Source of the DNA: Ginkgo biloba
Taxonomy: Eukaryota > Plantae > Ginkgophyta
Assembly: GCA_024626585.2 (NCBI GenBank)
Contig: JANKJI020000002.1
Location: 167,183,578 to 167,219,910 of the forward strand
Length of the DNA: 36,333 nucleotides
Direction of reading: 5' to 3'
The notes below the pieces were generated by a model. The model did not search any database, was not told the DNA's origin, and saw only the letters and a program-made list of their open reading frames with translations. The translations under genes and the position numbers were made by a program. Below are positions 1 through 10,225 of this stretch, one piece after another; the first letter of the stretch is position 1, and the number at the start of each line of letters is the position of its first letter.

Positions 1-99
1 AGAATTTAACATGTTGAGACAACATACATGATTTACACAGAATTTTAATTTAAAATTATAAATCCGTAGTTAATGACATTGGGAGATTTTGACTCACCC

Positions 100-2260
100 A
101 CTCAGATACGGATCAACTCCTTACCAAAAGTGTTAAACTTCCCTAAAGTATAATATCTTAGGCAAATAGTACCAATTTACCTTTTATCAAGTGAACCTTA
201 CAAACCTCCTCCTTTATAAAGTATAAGACTAGACTCAACATGTGGATTAATAGCGATTTTCAATGGATAAATAAAATAAGCACTCACACAAGCTTTTTCC
301 CTGCAGATCAGGCAAAGAGATTTTAAATTCATAAAGCTTACCTTATCTAAACATTGAAACTTTGTTATTCTCATGGTCCAAGATTCTAATTACTTGTCCT
401 ATTTATTCGTTTATATAAATACAAGTCTATTGATTTTGTTGCTAATGAGAATGGCTTGACAAACTAGAGCAGATAAGGAGTAACAATTAGAGTTATGATA
501 AAAACTCCAAGGTTCAAACTAATAGGTTAAAAGTCATTCAATTGCATAATACATGATAATATGAAATAAAAATATAAAAGTATTGATGCTTTTAGCGAGT
601 GGAGATGCCATTCAAGGTTTTCCTTAAGTGTTTTTCAATTCTCTTTGTTGATTTTTTGGGGTAATAATAAATTGGCTACCCTTATATAATTATTTGTATT
701 TTATGGAATTGACCAGTAAGTTATTACAACACCAGTACATATCTATGCTTAAAATTAGTGGTCTATATACTATTCTGGGAAAGATGTCATTGAAGTTGTA
801 ATATAACAATGAACTTTTATGTATTTGATTGCATTTATATGGATTTGATTATCATATTCTATAGATTTTCTTAATGAATAGTGTTTTATTGGTGGCATAA
901 TGATATCTAGCTTAATAAATCTAAAGTAGAAGTTTTTTTTGGAGCAAAAATATATAATGGAGTAATTCTTATAAAAGTTCAAATTTAGTAGTAAAGTAGT
1001 GCCCAAATATTTTAACTCATTGTATCTAAGTAAATTTTTAGCACTTTATTATGTTATGTTATTTTACATATGCTTAGTCATTNNNNNNNNNNNNNNNNNN
1101 NNNNNNNNNNNNNNNNNNNNNNNNNNNNNNNNNNNNNNNNNNNNNNNNNNNNNNNNNNNNNNNNNNNNNNNNNNNNNNNNNNNNNNNNNNNNNNNNNNNN
1201 NNNNNNNNNNNNNNNNNNNNNNNNNNNNNNNNNNNNNNNNNNNNNNNNNNNNNNNNNNNNNNNNNNNNNNNNNNNNNNNNNNNNNNNNNNNNNNNNNNNN
1301 NNNNNNNNNNNNNNNNNNNNNNNNNNNNNNNNNNNNNNNNNNNNNNNNNNNNNNNNNNNNNNNNNNNNNNNNNNNNNNNNNNNNNNNNNNNNNNNNNNNN
1401 NNNNNNNNNNNNNNNNNNNNNNNNNNNNNNNNNNNNNNNNNNNNNNNNNNNNNNNNNNNNNNNNNNNNNNNNNNNNNNNNNNNNNNNNNNNNNNNNNNNN
1501 NNNNNNNNNNNNNNNNNNNNNNNNNNNNNNNNNNNNNNNNNNNNNNNNNNNNNNNNNNNNNNNNNNNNNNNNNNNNNNNNNNNNNNNNNNNNNNNNNNNN
1601 NNNNNNNNNNNNNNNNNNNNNNNNNNNNNNNNNNNNNNNNNNNNNNNNNNNNNNNNNNNNNNNNNNNNNNNNNNNNNNNNNNNNNNNNNNNNNNNNNNNN
1701 NNNNNNNNNNNNNNNNNNNNNNNNNNNNNNNNNNNNNNNNNNNNNNNNNNNNNNNNNNNNNNNNNNAAACATAATAGATTAAAATGTAGTCAGTACAAGT
1801 AAGATATCCAACTCCCTTTTTAATTAAATACCATATGGTAAAATATTATGCATATTAAACATTTACTACTAGATATTTCTTAATAGAGTAAAACTTTTTA
1901 CAAATATGTTTAATCTTTTTATATAATGCTCATTGATTATGGTACAACAATGGGTAATACTAACAAGTCTCTTCAATAAGATCCACATAGTGGTAAAGTA
2001 CCTTCCACATAGTTTTAAGATTTGTATGGTTAAAACAAACTAAGAATAGTTAAGCATGTGATTGATATAATAATAAAAATTTATATGAACAAACATATTT
2101 AGAGGTTATTGTGTAGAATTAGAAATAATTATAGAGTGCTTTTATTAACAAATGTTAACATGCTATAAATATAATCTTAAAATATAGTTATTTCTCTGGT
2201 AAGTCATTTTGCTAAGGTAATGCCAAAATATATGCATGAGGAAGTTCATTTAAAAAAAAT
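100..2260 (+). mobile_element. Highly degenerate non-LTR retrotransposon ORF2 (RT plus thumb), CR1/L2/Crack-group-like
   Basis: Colinear motifs read across frameshifts and stops: FPKV*YLRQIVPIY (139-180; cf FP..WK.A.V.PIYK), EWLDKLE (~450), LIG*KSFNCIIHD (519-557; cf DLSKAFDCVNHD), HIYA*N*WSIYYSGKDVIEV (738-797; cf YADDTTIYYSGKD), YWWHNDI*LNKSKVEVFFG (887-943; cf W...N...LN..KT...FG). After the gap: KISNSLF (1801-1821), IKHLL..KTFY..IDYGTTMGNTNK (1855-1967), WLK (2027), LKYSYFSG..MPKY..SSFKK (2178-2260). Confidence 0.65.
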
Positions 2261-2309
2261 AATACATATAGAATAATTAATTGGAAGTCATTATTACACT
2301 TAATAGTAT

Positions 2310-2860
2310 GTATGATTTAATTATTAATATCTCTAACCAATTGATACATTAATACATATATACCAAGTTAATATATATCTATTTTAAAACTTATGTGGTT
2401 TATTTATCACTAATTTTATTTTATTGACATATTGGCATATATGTATTAAGTTATTTTACAAATTCCCTTACACATGTGGTTGATTTATTAACATGTTTAA
2501 TTAGCTAACATATAAATACATATATGTAAATTAATATACAATTATTTTATAATTTTATGGTTTNNNNNNNNNNNNNNNNNNNNNNNNNNNNNNNNNNNNN
2601 NNNNNNNNNNNNNNNNNNNNNNNNNNNNNNNNNNNNNNNNNNNNNNNNNTTTATTTATTAACATCTTTAATTGATTGACATCTTAGTGTGTATATGACAT
2701 TTATTCTTATGTGGTTTATTTATTACTAGCTTTTATTGATCTACATATTAGTACATATGTGGCAAGTTATTATATATCTATTTTTATACTTAATTGGTCG
2801 ATTTATTAACATATTTTATTGATTAACATATTACTGCATTTGTTGCAAGTTAGTATATAT
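2310..2860. repeat. Degenerate ~82-bp AT-rich tandem repeat (about 6-7 units, partly in gap)
   Basis: Variants of TATGTGGTTTATTTATTAACAT recur at ~2311, 2393, 2474, 2556, 2709 and 2793, each followed by similar ...TTGACATATT..CATAT...CAAGTTA tracts. Confidence 0.7.
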
Positions 2861-2970
2861 ATATATATTCNNNNNNNNNNNNNNNNNNNNNNNNNNNNNN
2901 NNNNNNNNNNNNNNNNNNNNNNNNNNNNNNNNNNNNNNNNNNNNNNNNNNNNNNNNNNNNNNNNNNNNNN

Positions 2971-3081
2971 TTTCTTACTACACCTATGCATGGAATATCC
3001 TTTGATGATTATAGTCCAAGAGATGATGTCTCATTGATGTATTTTATCAAATATATCATGTGCCTTCTTCAACATGCTACG
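2971..3081 (-). pseudogene. Pentatricopeptide-repeat (PLS-class PPR) gene fragment
   Basis: Minus-strand translation RSMLKKAHDIFDKIHQ*DIISWTIIIKGYSMHRCSKK matches the plant PLS PPR pattern A..LFDKM.QRDVVSWT.MI.GYAMHG..K. The stop (TGA, 3033-3031) sits at the expected Arg (CGA). Truncated by the gap at 2871-2970. Confidence 0.85.
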
Positions 3082-3837
3082 TGCTTTTTCCCTTACAAGA
3101 TGGTATTAACTAGGATCCTAGTAGGACAGTAGTAATTATAACTTTTGTAAAGTCATCACTTGTAGAAGGAAACTCCAAGGAAATGCTTCTCATTTGATGC
3201 ATCAAGAATTTAGGAAATGACAATGAGCTTGGTGGAGGCGAATTGCAATATGTAGGCCTTACCCAATTTTATGTTAATGGGCAAGATGGAGAAGCTATAA
3301 AAAAAATTCTTTCCCTATATTATCAAGACTTATAACACCTATGGTCACCAGGAATGGACCTTCTTTAGAGCCACCTTCAGGCTCTAAATGATTCTCCACA
3401 GCCCCCCATTCTTTCATTTGGGATTTATGCTTAACTTGTGAGGTGTGATCACATTCTTTAGAGTTAAACTTGCCATCATTCAAAAATAGAGGTATTCACT
3501 AATAAATCTCACCCCGATTCCTTCTTCCTATGATCTCAAACATTTGGTGTCAATAAAACTCTAACTTCCATGCTGCAGTTATAATGCCTCATATCTTGAT
3601 GATTTATTTTGTCATTCTTAAGACATGGATAAAGATTTAAAGTCACCCTTGACATCTTCTTATTTTTATTTGAAGAGTTTTGAACCATGCCTTCAAAATT
3701 TTCTCCCTCTAGATGTGACATTATCCACCAACTTCTCTCATCTATATACTTGACTTAGCTTTCTCCATTTCTTATAATCTTCAAGGGATAATTGCTTTGA
3801 CTCATCTCCTTCTCACATTTCTTTCATACCAGATTAT

Positions 3838-3849
3838 GCTCTGATACCA
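3838..3849 (-). promoter_or_regulatory. LTR-retrotransposon primer binding site (tRNA-iMet)
   Basis: GCTCTGATACCA is the reverse complement of the canonical plant PBS TGGTATCAGAGC. Confidence 0.9.
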
Positions 3850-4086
3850 TTTTAAAATAGGTACCCAACTTGCATTACATGCAAATTGGAACCATGAACA
3901 TGTTCAATTTGGGAATACTATTCATCATTACAATATGAACATCTTCCATTTATACACTATGGAGGTTAATTGACTTGTAACTAACACAACTATTAACATT
4001 TATAATAACTCCATTTTGATCACATGATGACTAATGTGTGTGAACATAAATGTGATGTGTAACCACTAACATTATCTTTTCTAATA
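3850..4086 (-). mobile_element. Short (~237 bp) 5' LTR of a minus-strand, probably Copia-type or non-autonomous element; internal region runs left to at least 2971
   Basis: Directly abuts the PBS. Termini are each one mismatch from TGTTA...TAACA (TTTTA at 3850, TAATA at 4082-4086). TATA-like TGTATAAATGG on the minus strand at ~3946-3956. Confidence 0.6.
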
Positions 4087-4271
4087 TATTTTTTCATATA
4101 AATCCTTTGGTACCAAAATAACACTTATGCTTTTTTTTCTATTTCATATGTTATTAGTTGTTAATTGTAATNNNNNNNNNNNNNNNNNNNNNNNNNNNNN
4201 NNNNNNNNNNNNNNNNNNNNNNNNNNNNNNNNNNNNNNNNNNNNNNNNNNNNNNNNNNNNNNNNNNNNNNN

Positions 4272-4690
4272 TCCTTTATGAGAAGAGTTACTTACAACAA
4301 TTAAACAAAACTAGCCAAAAGGAGACTAACAATAGATCCAAAGTTAGAGTCCTTACAAAACAAAGATCCCTTCATAAAAAGAGGCCCTATAGGTGAAGAT
4401 CAAAACCCAAAACAAGCCCCATGCTGAGAGACCAAGAGCCCCAAGGGAGATGAACACCAAATAAAAATTGACCTATTCAGTATATTATGGGTAACCTTCT
4501 AATCTTGAGCCAATAGAGCCCTGAGCCAGGCTATGGCACCCTTGGACTAGAAACTAGCATTTCTCTTTGAGATATTTATGGAGTCCCCTTATCACTTTGG
4601 ACAACTTTCATATCACCTTTGTCGTTGCTTTGATATGAACCTTCTAGTCTTCCTCCCACTCTAACATATGTGACATCAAATGCATAGAAT
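4272..4690 (-). mobile_element. Possible decayed LINE 3' end (ORF2 tail and 3'UTR)
   Basis: Minus-strand coding-like tail (LMSHMLEWEED*KVHIKATTKVI..) followed by a T/G-rich UTR-like tract. No diagnostic motif. Confidence 0.25.
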
Positions 4691-4889
4691 ATAAATAGGT
4701 CATGTGAATTGGTTAGAGTACCTCAGAGTGCTAAGAGAGCTTCTCCTTAATTTTCTATAGAGTAGAATCCATATGGTCCAACCTTGAGTTAGAAATATTT
4801 ATAATCTCTAGAATCAACCTATATAAATTTTATTCCTCTCGTATGAAGAGTGATGTACCCTCTTGGTGTTGGAGGATTCGATGCCAATT

Positions 4890-5460
4890 ATGCCTATGGG
4901 GAGTAATTTTGTTGTGGTCTATGCCTGCCTCTTCCTTTGTTATTTGGAAAAGCTTGTTGAAGAGAGATTTTCTATTTCTAGTCTTTTGTACTTCAAGCAT
5001 TATATTGATGATGCCANNNNNNNNNNNNNNNNNNNNNNNNNNNNNNNNNNNNNNNNNNNNNNACTGAATAAGTTTTTTAACACTTATGATTCTATTTTTC
5101 TTGATAATATCAAAATAACAACAGAAGTTTCAGTGGATTTTATTAACATTCTTGATATAGTGTTTCTTAAGGGACCTGACTTCTCAGTTATATGAACCTT
5201 ATCTATAAAGTGTTTTTAGAAGCCCCTTAATGCATATCAGTATATTCCTTTTAGTTCGAATCATCCTCGGCATAAANNNNNNNNNNNNNNNNNNNNNNNN
5301 NNNNNNNNNNNNNNNNNNNNNNNNNNNNNNNNNNNNNNNNNNNNNNNNNNNNNNNNNNNNNNNNNNNNNNNNNNNNAGTCGAGAATCCATCTCTAAGACC
5401 ATTTCCATTACTAGAACATTGAACTTTGATAATACACAACCTTATTTATTCATAGGATCT
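4890..5460 (+). mobile_element. Penelope-like element (PLE) reverse transcriptase fragment, Naiad/Chlamys-like
   Basis: One frame reads MPMGSNFVVVYACLFLCYLEK..LLYFKHYIDDA (YIDD at 5001-5012), then after the gap NIKITTEVSVDFINILDIVFLKGPDF..TLSIKCF*KPLNAYQYIPFSSNHPRHK (to 5276). This matches PLE RT motifs (G..MGS....A.LF...LE; RYIDD; FLD; QKPLN.Y.YIP..S.HP thumb). Two in-frame stops (5193, 5217). Weaker thumb-like sequence continues after the second gap. Confidence 0.88.
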
Positions 5461-5610
5461 TTAAAATCATACACAGTAAAGATAAGATTTTGGAAGATTG
5501 AATCGTTGAAAGTAATCCAAGGAGTGTAACTCGAATGTAAAACATACGTCTTGTTAAAAGTATTAAGAAACCTTTATTTTAGTATTGCTCTAAGACGAAG
5601 AAATCTCAAT

Positions 5611-5950
5611 AAGGGAGGGTATGTTACGACCCTAAAATTCCATTAATTATGAGATAATTAGTAGCATACTTCTCACACTCATTAAACCTTAAATATCCAT
5701 GCCTAAAGCTAAATAATACTAAATGAAGGGTCACCAGATAAAAAGGTACGATGAAGAGACACTTCCTTTCAATTTTGAGACTTATATATATAGGCCACCA
5801 TAGTTCATTTCAATCATCAATCAAATATCAAAAAACATAATTTCTACTTCCTTCTCCTTAGAGAAGAAGACCTAGACCACAATGGGTAGCAAGTGCTCCT
5901 AACGGTCAATTGTGATGGCAGGTGCCCCACGACTATCATTTCACATAACA
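5611..5950 (+). mobile_element. Polypurine tract plus 3' LTR (5622-5950) of a Ty3/gypsy element
   Basis: AAGGGAGGG PPT (5611-5619) followed by TGTTACGACCC. The LTR ends CATAACA at 5950, an inverted match to TGTTACG with one CpG-type transition. TATATATA box at ~5783. Confidence 0.75.
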
Positions 5951-6640
5951 TTTGATTATTTTAATTAAAATACNNNNNNNNNNNNNNNNNNNNNNNNNNN
6001 NNNNNNNNNNNNNNNNNNNNNNNNNNNNNNNNNNNNNNNNNNNNNNNNNNAATTTTCTCCTTTGTTGTCGGTGTCAAATTTACCTTCTATTGACATTATC
6101 TATTTACCTTGTCATTGAATTCTCCTTCAATGATGTTGATTACTCAAAATTGCCAAAATTTCCAAAATACGACGATGCTCCTGCATCAATTTTACAAAGA
6201 TAAATACAATTATGATTCTATGTAAAGTCTTAATATTTCTTTTGAATATGTGTATATCTCACCAAAATATATATAATCATTAATATTTAATTAGGAGGTG
6301 TCATGACATCACTCATAAGTAAAATTTATATAAATAATTTCATATTTAAAATTATTAAGTTTATTTGTATTTCACATATATTTTAATTGATGATATTAAA
6401 TTTTGTAAAAGATCTATTATATATATTAAAACCATGATTACATTTAAGGAATGAAATGCATACATATATACATATTAATATCTTAATAAATAGATACATA
6501 TGTGCCTCTATGAAATTTGTAATGACTATGCAAATGTTGTGTCTATTTGGATTATGTTCACTATATATGTAAAAGTTCATATATTTGGAATATATATTTA
6601 CTTACAAATGCATAAATGGATGGGTGTTTATGCTTATTGC

Positions 6641-7345
6641 AAACATAAAAGAGAACATTCTTGTATTTGTACTTATGCATTTTTTTTCTCTTTCTATTCA
6701 TGTGTTTTTTATAATTATATATACCTATATGCATNNNNNNNNNNNNNNNNNNNNNNNNNNNNNNNNNNNNNNNNNNNNNNNNNNNNNNNNNNNNNNNNNN
6801 NNNNNNNNNNNNNNNNNNNNNNNNNNNNNNNNNNAAAAATACTAAATTTTTATATTTTTTCTAAAAAATTATATTTTTTGAAAGTAGAAACTTAGAGATA
6901 TCTCAGATATAATTATCATGCAAAATAAATAATGTATGATACTATTTTTATCGATCTAAAATATAGGATACAAAAAATAAAAGGATTCAAGAAATTTTGG
7001 TGGTCGAGCAATATAGGTTATTCGACTGAACACTTTGTTCGATCGAACAACTTCTGCATNNNNNNNNNNNNNNNNNNNNNNNNNNNNNNNNNAAAATTTA
7101 AAATTTAAATTTTTGGGTAGTTAGTTGTTTGATCGAACAAATTATCTACACGAACATTTATTTGGTCGAATAATTTTGGGCCTTGATTTTTCTTGCACTT
7201 TTGCAAAAAATGTGATATCATTAGCACACTTTTACCCAAACACAAAAAGAGAAAATTCTTGTATCTATATTTATGTGTTATTTTCTCTTTATATTCATGT
7301 GTTTGTTATAATTATATGTATGTATATGCGTATACATATAATTTA
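6641..7345. repeat. Two diverged ~95-bp copies (6641-6734, 7238-7340) flanking a MITE-like segment with TTCGA(C/T)CGAACA subrepeats ending ...TTTTACCC (7237)
   Basis: AAAC.(A)AAAAGAGAA.ATTCTTGTAT..TTTTCTCTTT.TATTCATGTGTTT occurs twice. Repeated TTCGATCGAACA-like motifs at 7021-7170. The left end of the insert is hidden in a gap. Confidence 0.5.
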
Positions 7346-8838
7346 AAATTTTAAACTTACAAATGTACATATGAATGCATTTAAGTGGATGCGTGCACAC
7401 ACATATTGATAATATACATACATCTATATATATGTGTATGCACACACATAAACACTCTCTTCAGTACAAACCCGTGTAAAAAAATTACCACATGCGTATC
7501 ATTGTATCACTGTACCTAATCCACTATATAATTATTTGACATATTAAATATAAATTAATGGTTCTATTGACAATTTGATTACTTTTTGCTAAATATTTTT
7601 TTCATTAGCATTTAATTTTGCTAAAATTTTAAAAGGATAGTTATAGTTATTTTAGATATAATTATAGAACTTCAATACACTTTCAATTTATTTCATGCCA
7701 TTGGAAAAAGGGCTCAAAATATATTATAATAGTTAAACTCTTCTAATTGTAAAAAATAAAAGGAGAACATTTTATAACATGATGAAGTACAAAATCATTT
7801 AAGGGAGTTGTCCAAAATTCAATTGCAACATACTCTTTTTAGGCCATATCTTTACACTAATACAACAAATGTTTTTAAGAAATTCATGTAATCCAATATA
7901 TGAACATTAAACTTTAGCTCCTATATATATATACATTCATAAACTTTGTCTCTCTTGATGCCATTACTACTCTAAATGTTGATTGAATGAAGTATGCATG
8001 TTCTCAACAATTTACACTCACTCATATCCTATATTATAACAATTGAGATTATATCTTCTATTGAGTATTAGGAATAATCTATGTGACCATCTTACCACAT
8101 GGTTTTTCTCAACTATCAAATTTTTGAGAGCTTCTCTTTGTTTGAGTTGGTAGCTTGTGTGTTGTTCCCTATTTTCTACTAAAATTTTAACAACTACTCT
8201 TTGTTGGAGTCAGAGGCTGAGTCTTGTTACCAAATTATTTAAAAACTATTATTCACTGGAGCTTTGTGTTGAAATAAAAGGTATTTTTCCATTGTCTTTT
8301 CTCATNNNNNNNNNNNNNNNNNNNNNNNNNNNNNNNNNNNNNNNNNNNNNNNNNNNNNNNNNNNNNNNNNNNNNNNNNNNNNNNNNNNNNNNNNNNNNNN
8401 NNNNNNNNNNNNNNNNNNNNNNNNNNNNNNNNCTCTCATATTCCTATTACTTGCACACTCACACCCTGTTAAAAATTAACTAAATATTTTTCTCAAAATA
8501 AATACTCTTTGTTATTCATATACAAATATTGAAGTAATTTAATATAAAAAATGTGAGTTTAGTTATTCACCGTGTTCTCTTGGGTCTTAACTTTATATGG
8601 ATATAAGGGATTTTGATTAACTCCGAATATCAATTATCTTTTAGTATTACTTGCACATTCACAACCTGTCACTTGCTCTAAAAAAGAAAAAAAAAATTAC
8701 AATAATTATTATTTTTATGATTATAAATAAATATACATTCAAATTTTATCCTATCTTTCTGAGTCCATTTTGATCAATTAGGGTAAATTATAGAGGAAAA
8801 TGGATTATTAGANNNNNNNNNNTAATTATTTGGATATA

Positions 8839-9415
8839 GTATTTGAGGGAGTTATCTATGCTTGCATCATCTTCGACTTAAATGTGCATTGGAGGTCCTA
8901 TAGAAACCACGAGGTGGAAATCATCAATGGAATTGTGACTTCTAGTGGCAATACATAATCAAAGATTTAAATACATATGTTTGTATCAAAATGTATGTGG
9001 CCATGATGGTAATACATTGGGTTGGAAAAACACAAGTTGTAGGTTTAAAGCTTAGTGAGGAAAGGTCATTTTTTTGTTACAATTCCACTTAGTGGAATTG
9101 TAATATTTCCACTATGGTTTTCTAATTAATGGTTTTTGCATGACCTCCAAGGCGCATTTAAGTTAAAATTGATGCATGGATAGACTTCTTTGTATTTTTT
9201 TTTAGGCTTGGGGTATCAGTAGGCAAAGCCAATTTTTCTTATTAAGACAAAGGTTCAAGGCTGGGCCTACCCCTCATCCCCAAGCCCCGCGATGCTATCC
9301 TGTACACTATAGGGGTGGAATATGAGGGGATTGGAACTACATTTCGATGGGTATCAACCCAAATCTATGACCATTGTGCCACACCCTTGATGTCTACTTT
9401 TTTCTATTTAAATAC
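8839..9415. mobile_element. MITE with ~60-70 bp terminal inverted repeats (right TIR interrupted by a SINE)
   Basis: Left arm ..TGCATCATCTTCGACTTAAATGTGCATTGGAGGTCCTATAGAAACCA (to ~8909) is the inverted match of TGGTTTTTGCATGACCTCCAAGGCGCATTTAAGTTAAAATTGATGCA (9130-9177). Termini GTATTT...AAATAC. Internal perfect 13-bp-arm palindrome at 9077-9103. Confidence 0.75.
9195..9395 (-). mobile_element. tRNA-derived SINE (~200 bp)
   Basis: Minus strand: A box TGGCACAATGG (9381-9371), B box AGTTCCAATCC (9338-9328), A9 tail (9203-9195). Flanked by a 14-bp TSD at 12/14 identity (9184-9197 and 9396-9409). Absent from the homologous site in copy B (~24590). Confidence 0.88.
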
Positions 9416-10225
9416 ACTGATAATTATTTCCTTTTGAAGGTGTCATTAAGAATAATAAAACTATTTCCTTCACTTCTAATTGAAAGGCTCATGAATCTGC
9501 TTATGGCATAGTATCTCCATGGTTTGTAATCATTATTCATCACATTCTTATATTTGAGACAAAAATTGAAGAGTAATGACATTATCTCAAGTCTTTTGTA
9601 GTCTCTTTTTTACCTTCATCGTTGGTTTATTTTTGTTTTTATGTTTAAATTATTAAAAAATTAAGCATAAAAAAAAAAAAATTAACGATGAATTTAAACA
9701 TTGAATAGATAAATATCCTACTTCACCTTACCTATGATAATTGTCTTATATTTCAACTCTACCATTGAGAGAAAATTAGACTTTGGCTTTTGTTGAATAT
9801 AAACAACTTTGAACTTAATTCTAATGCTTTTTTGAGGTAATGCTTTGAGTAGTGTTTCAAGAAGAGAACTTATCTTCACACACCAAAGTTCATGGCACTT
9901 GTCCAACCAAACCACTCTCACATATCTTTTTATAAACCTCATCATGAATGAATGTTTATAACCACTTTCTGAATGTCCAATTCAATGCTTTCTCTCATTT
10001 ATTGTATCTCTTACATTATACTAATTAACTAACTACATTTATATTAATTTGTTTGTTTGTTTTTAAAATTTTGGTATAATTTTAAAATTGTTTCTCTTGA
10101 AAATTAAACATATACTACAAATGAATAAATGATGATATGCTTATATTATAAATTAATCAAATTGATATAATTTTATTTATTTTAGTTTCTTTCAATTCTA
10201 TTTAAACATCGTAATCAAATGCTTA

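Noticed and set aside
999-1802. Long ORFs of 232-267 aa (and similar ones at 26363-27319)
   Set aside because: They consist almost entirely of N-gap codons.
5193-5195. In-frame TGA in the PLE RT as selenocysteine (some Naiads encode selenoproteins)
   Set aside because: A TAG stop follows at 5217, the element is decayed, no SECIS is evident, and land plants lack the Sec machinery.
9718-9945. ORF open in both duplicate copies (also 24915-25136) as a conserved small gene
   Set aside because: Roughly 30% of residues differ, many non-conservatively, which fits neutral drift at this nucleotide divergence.
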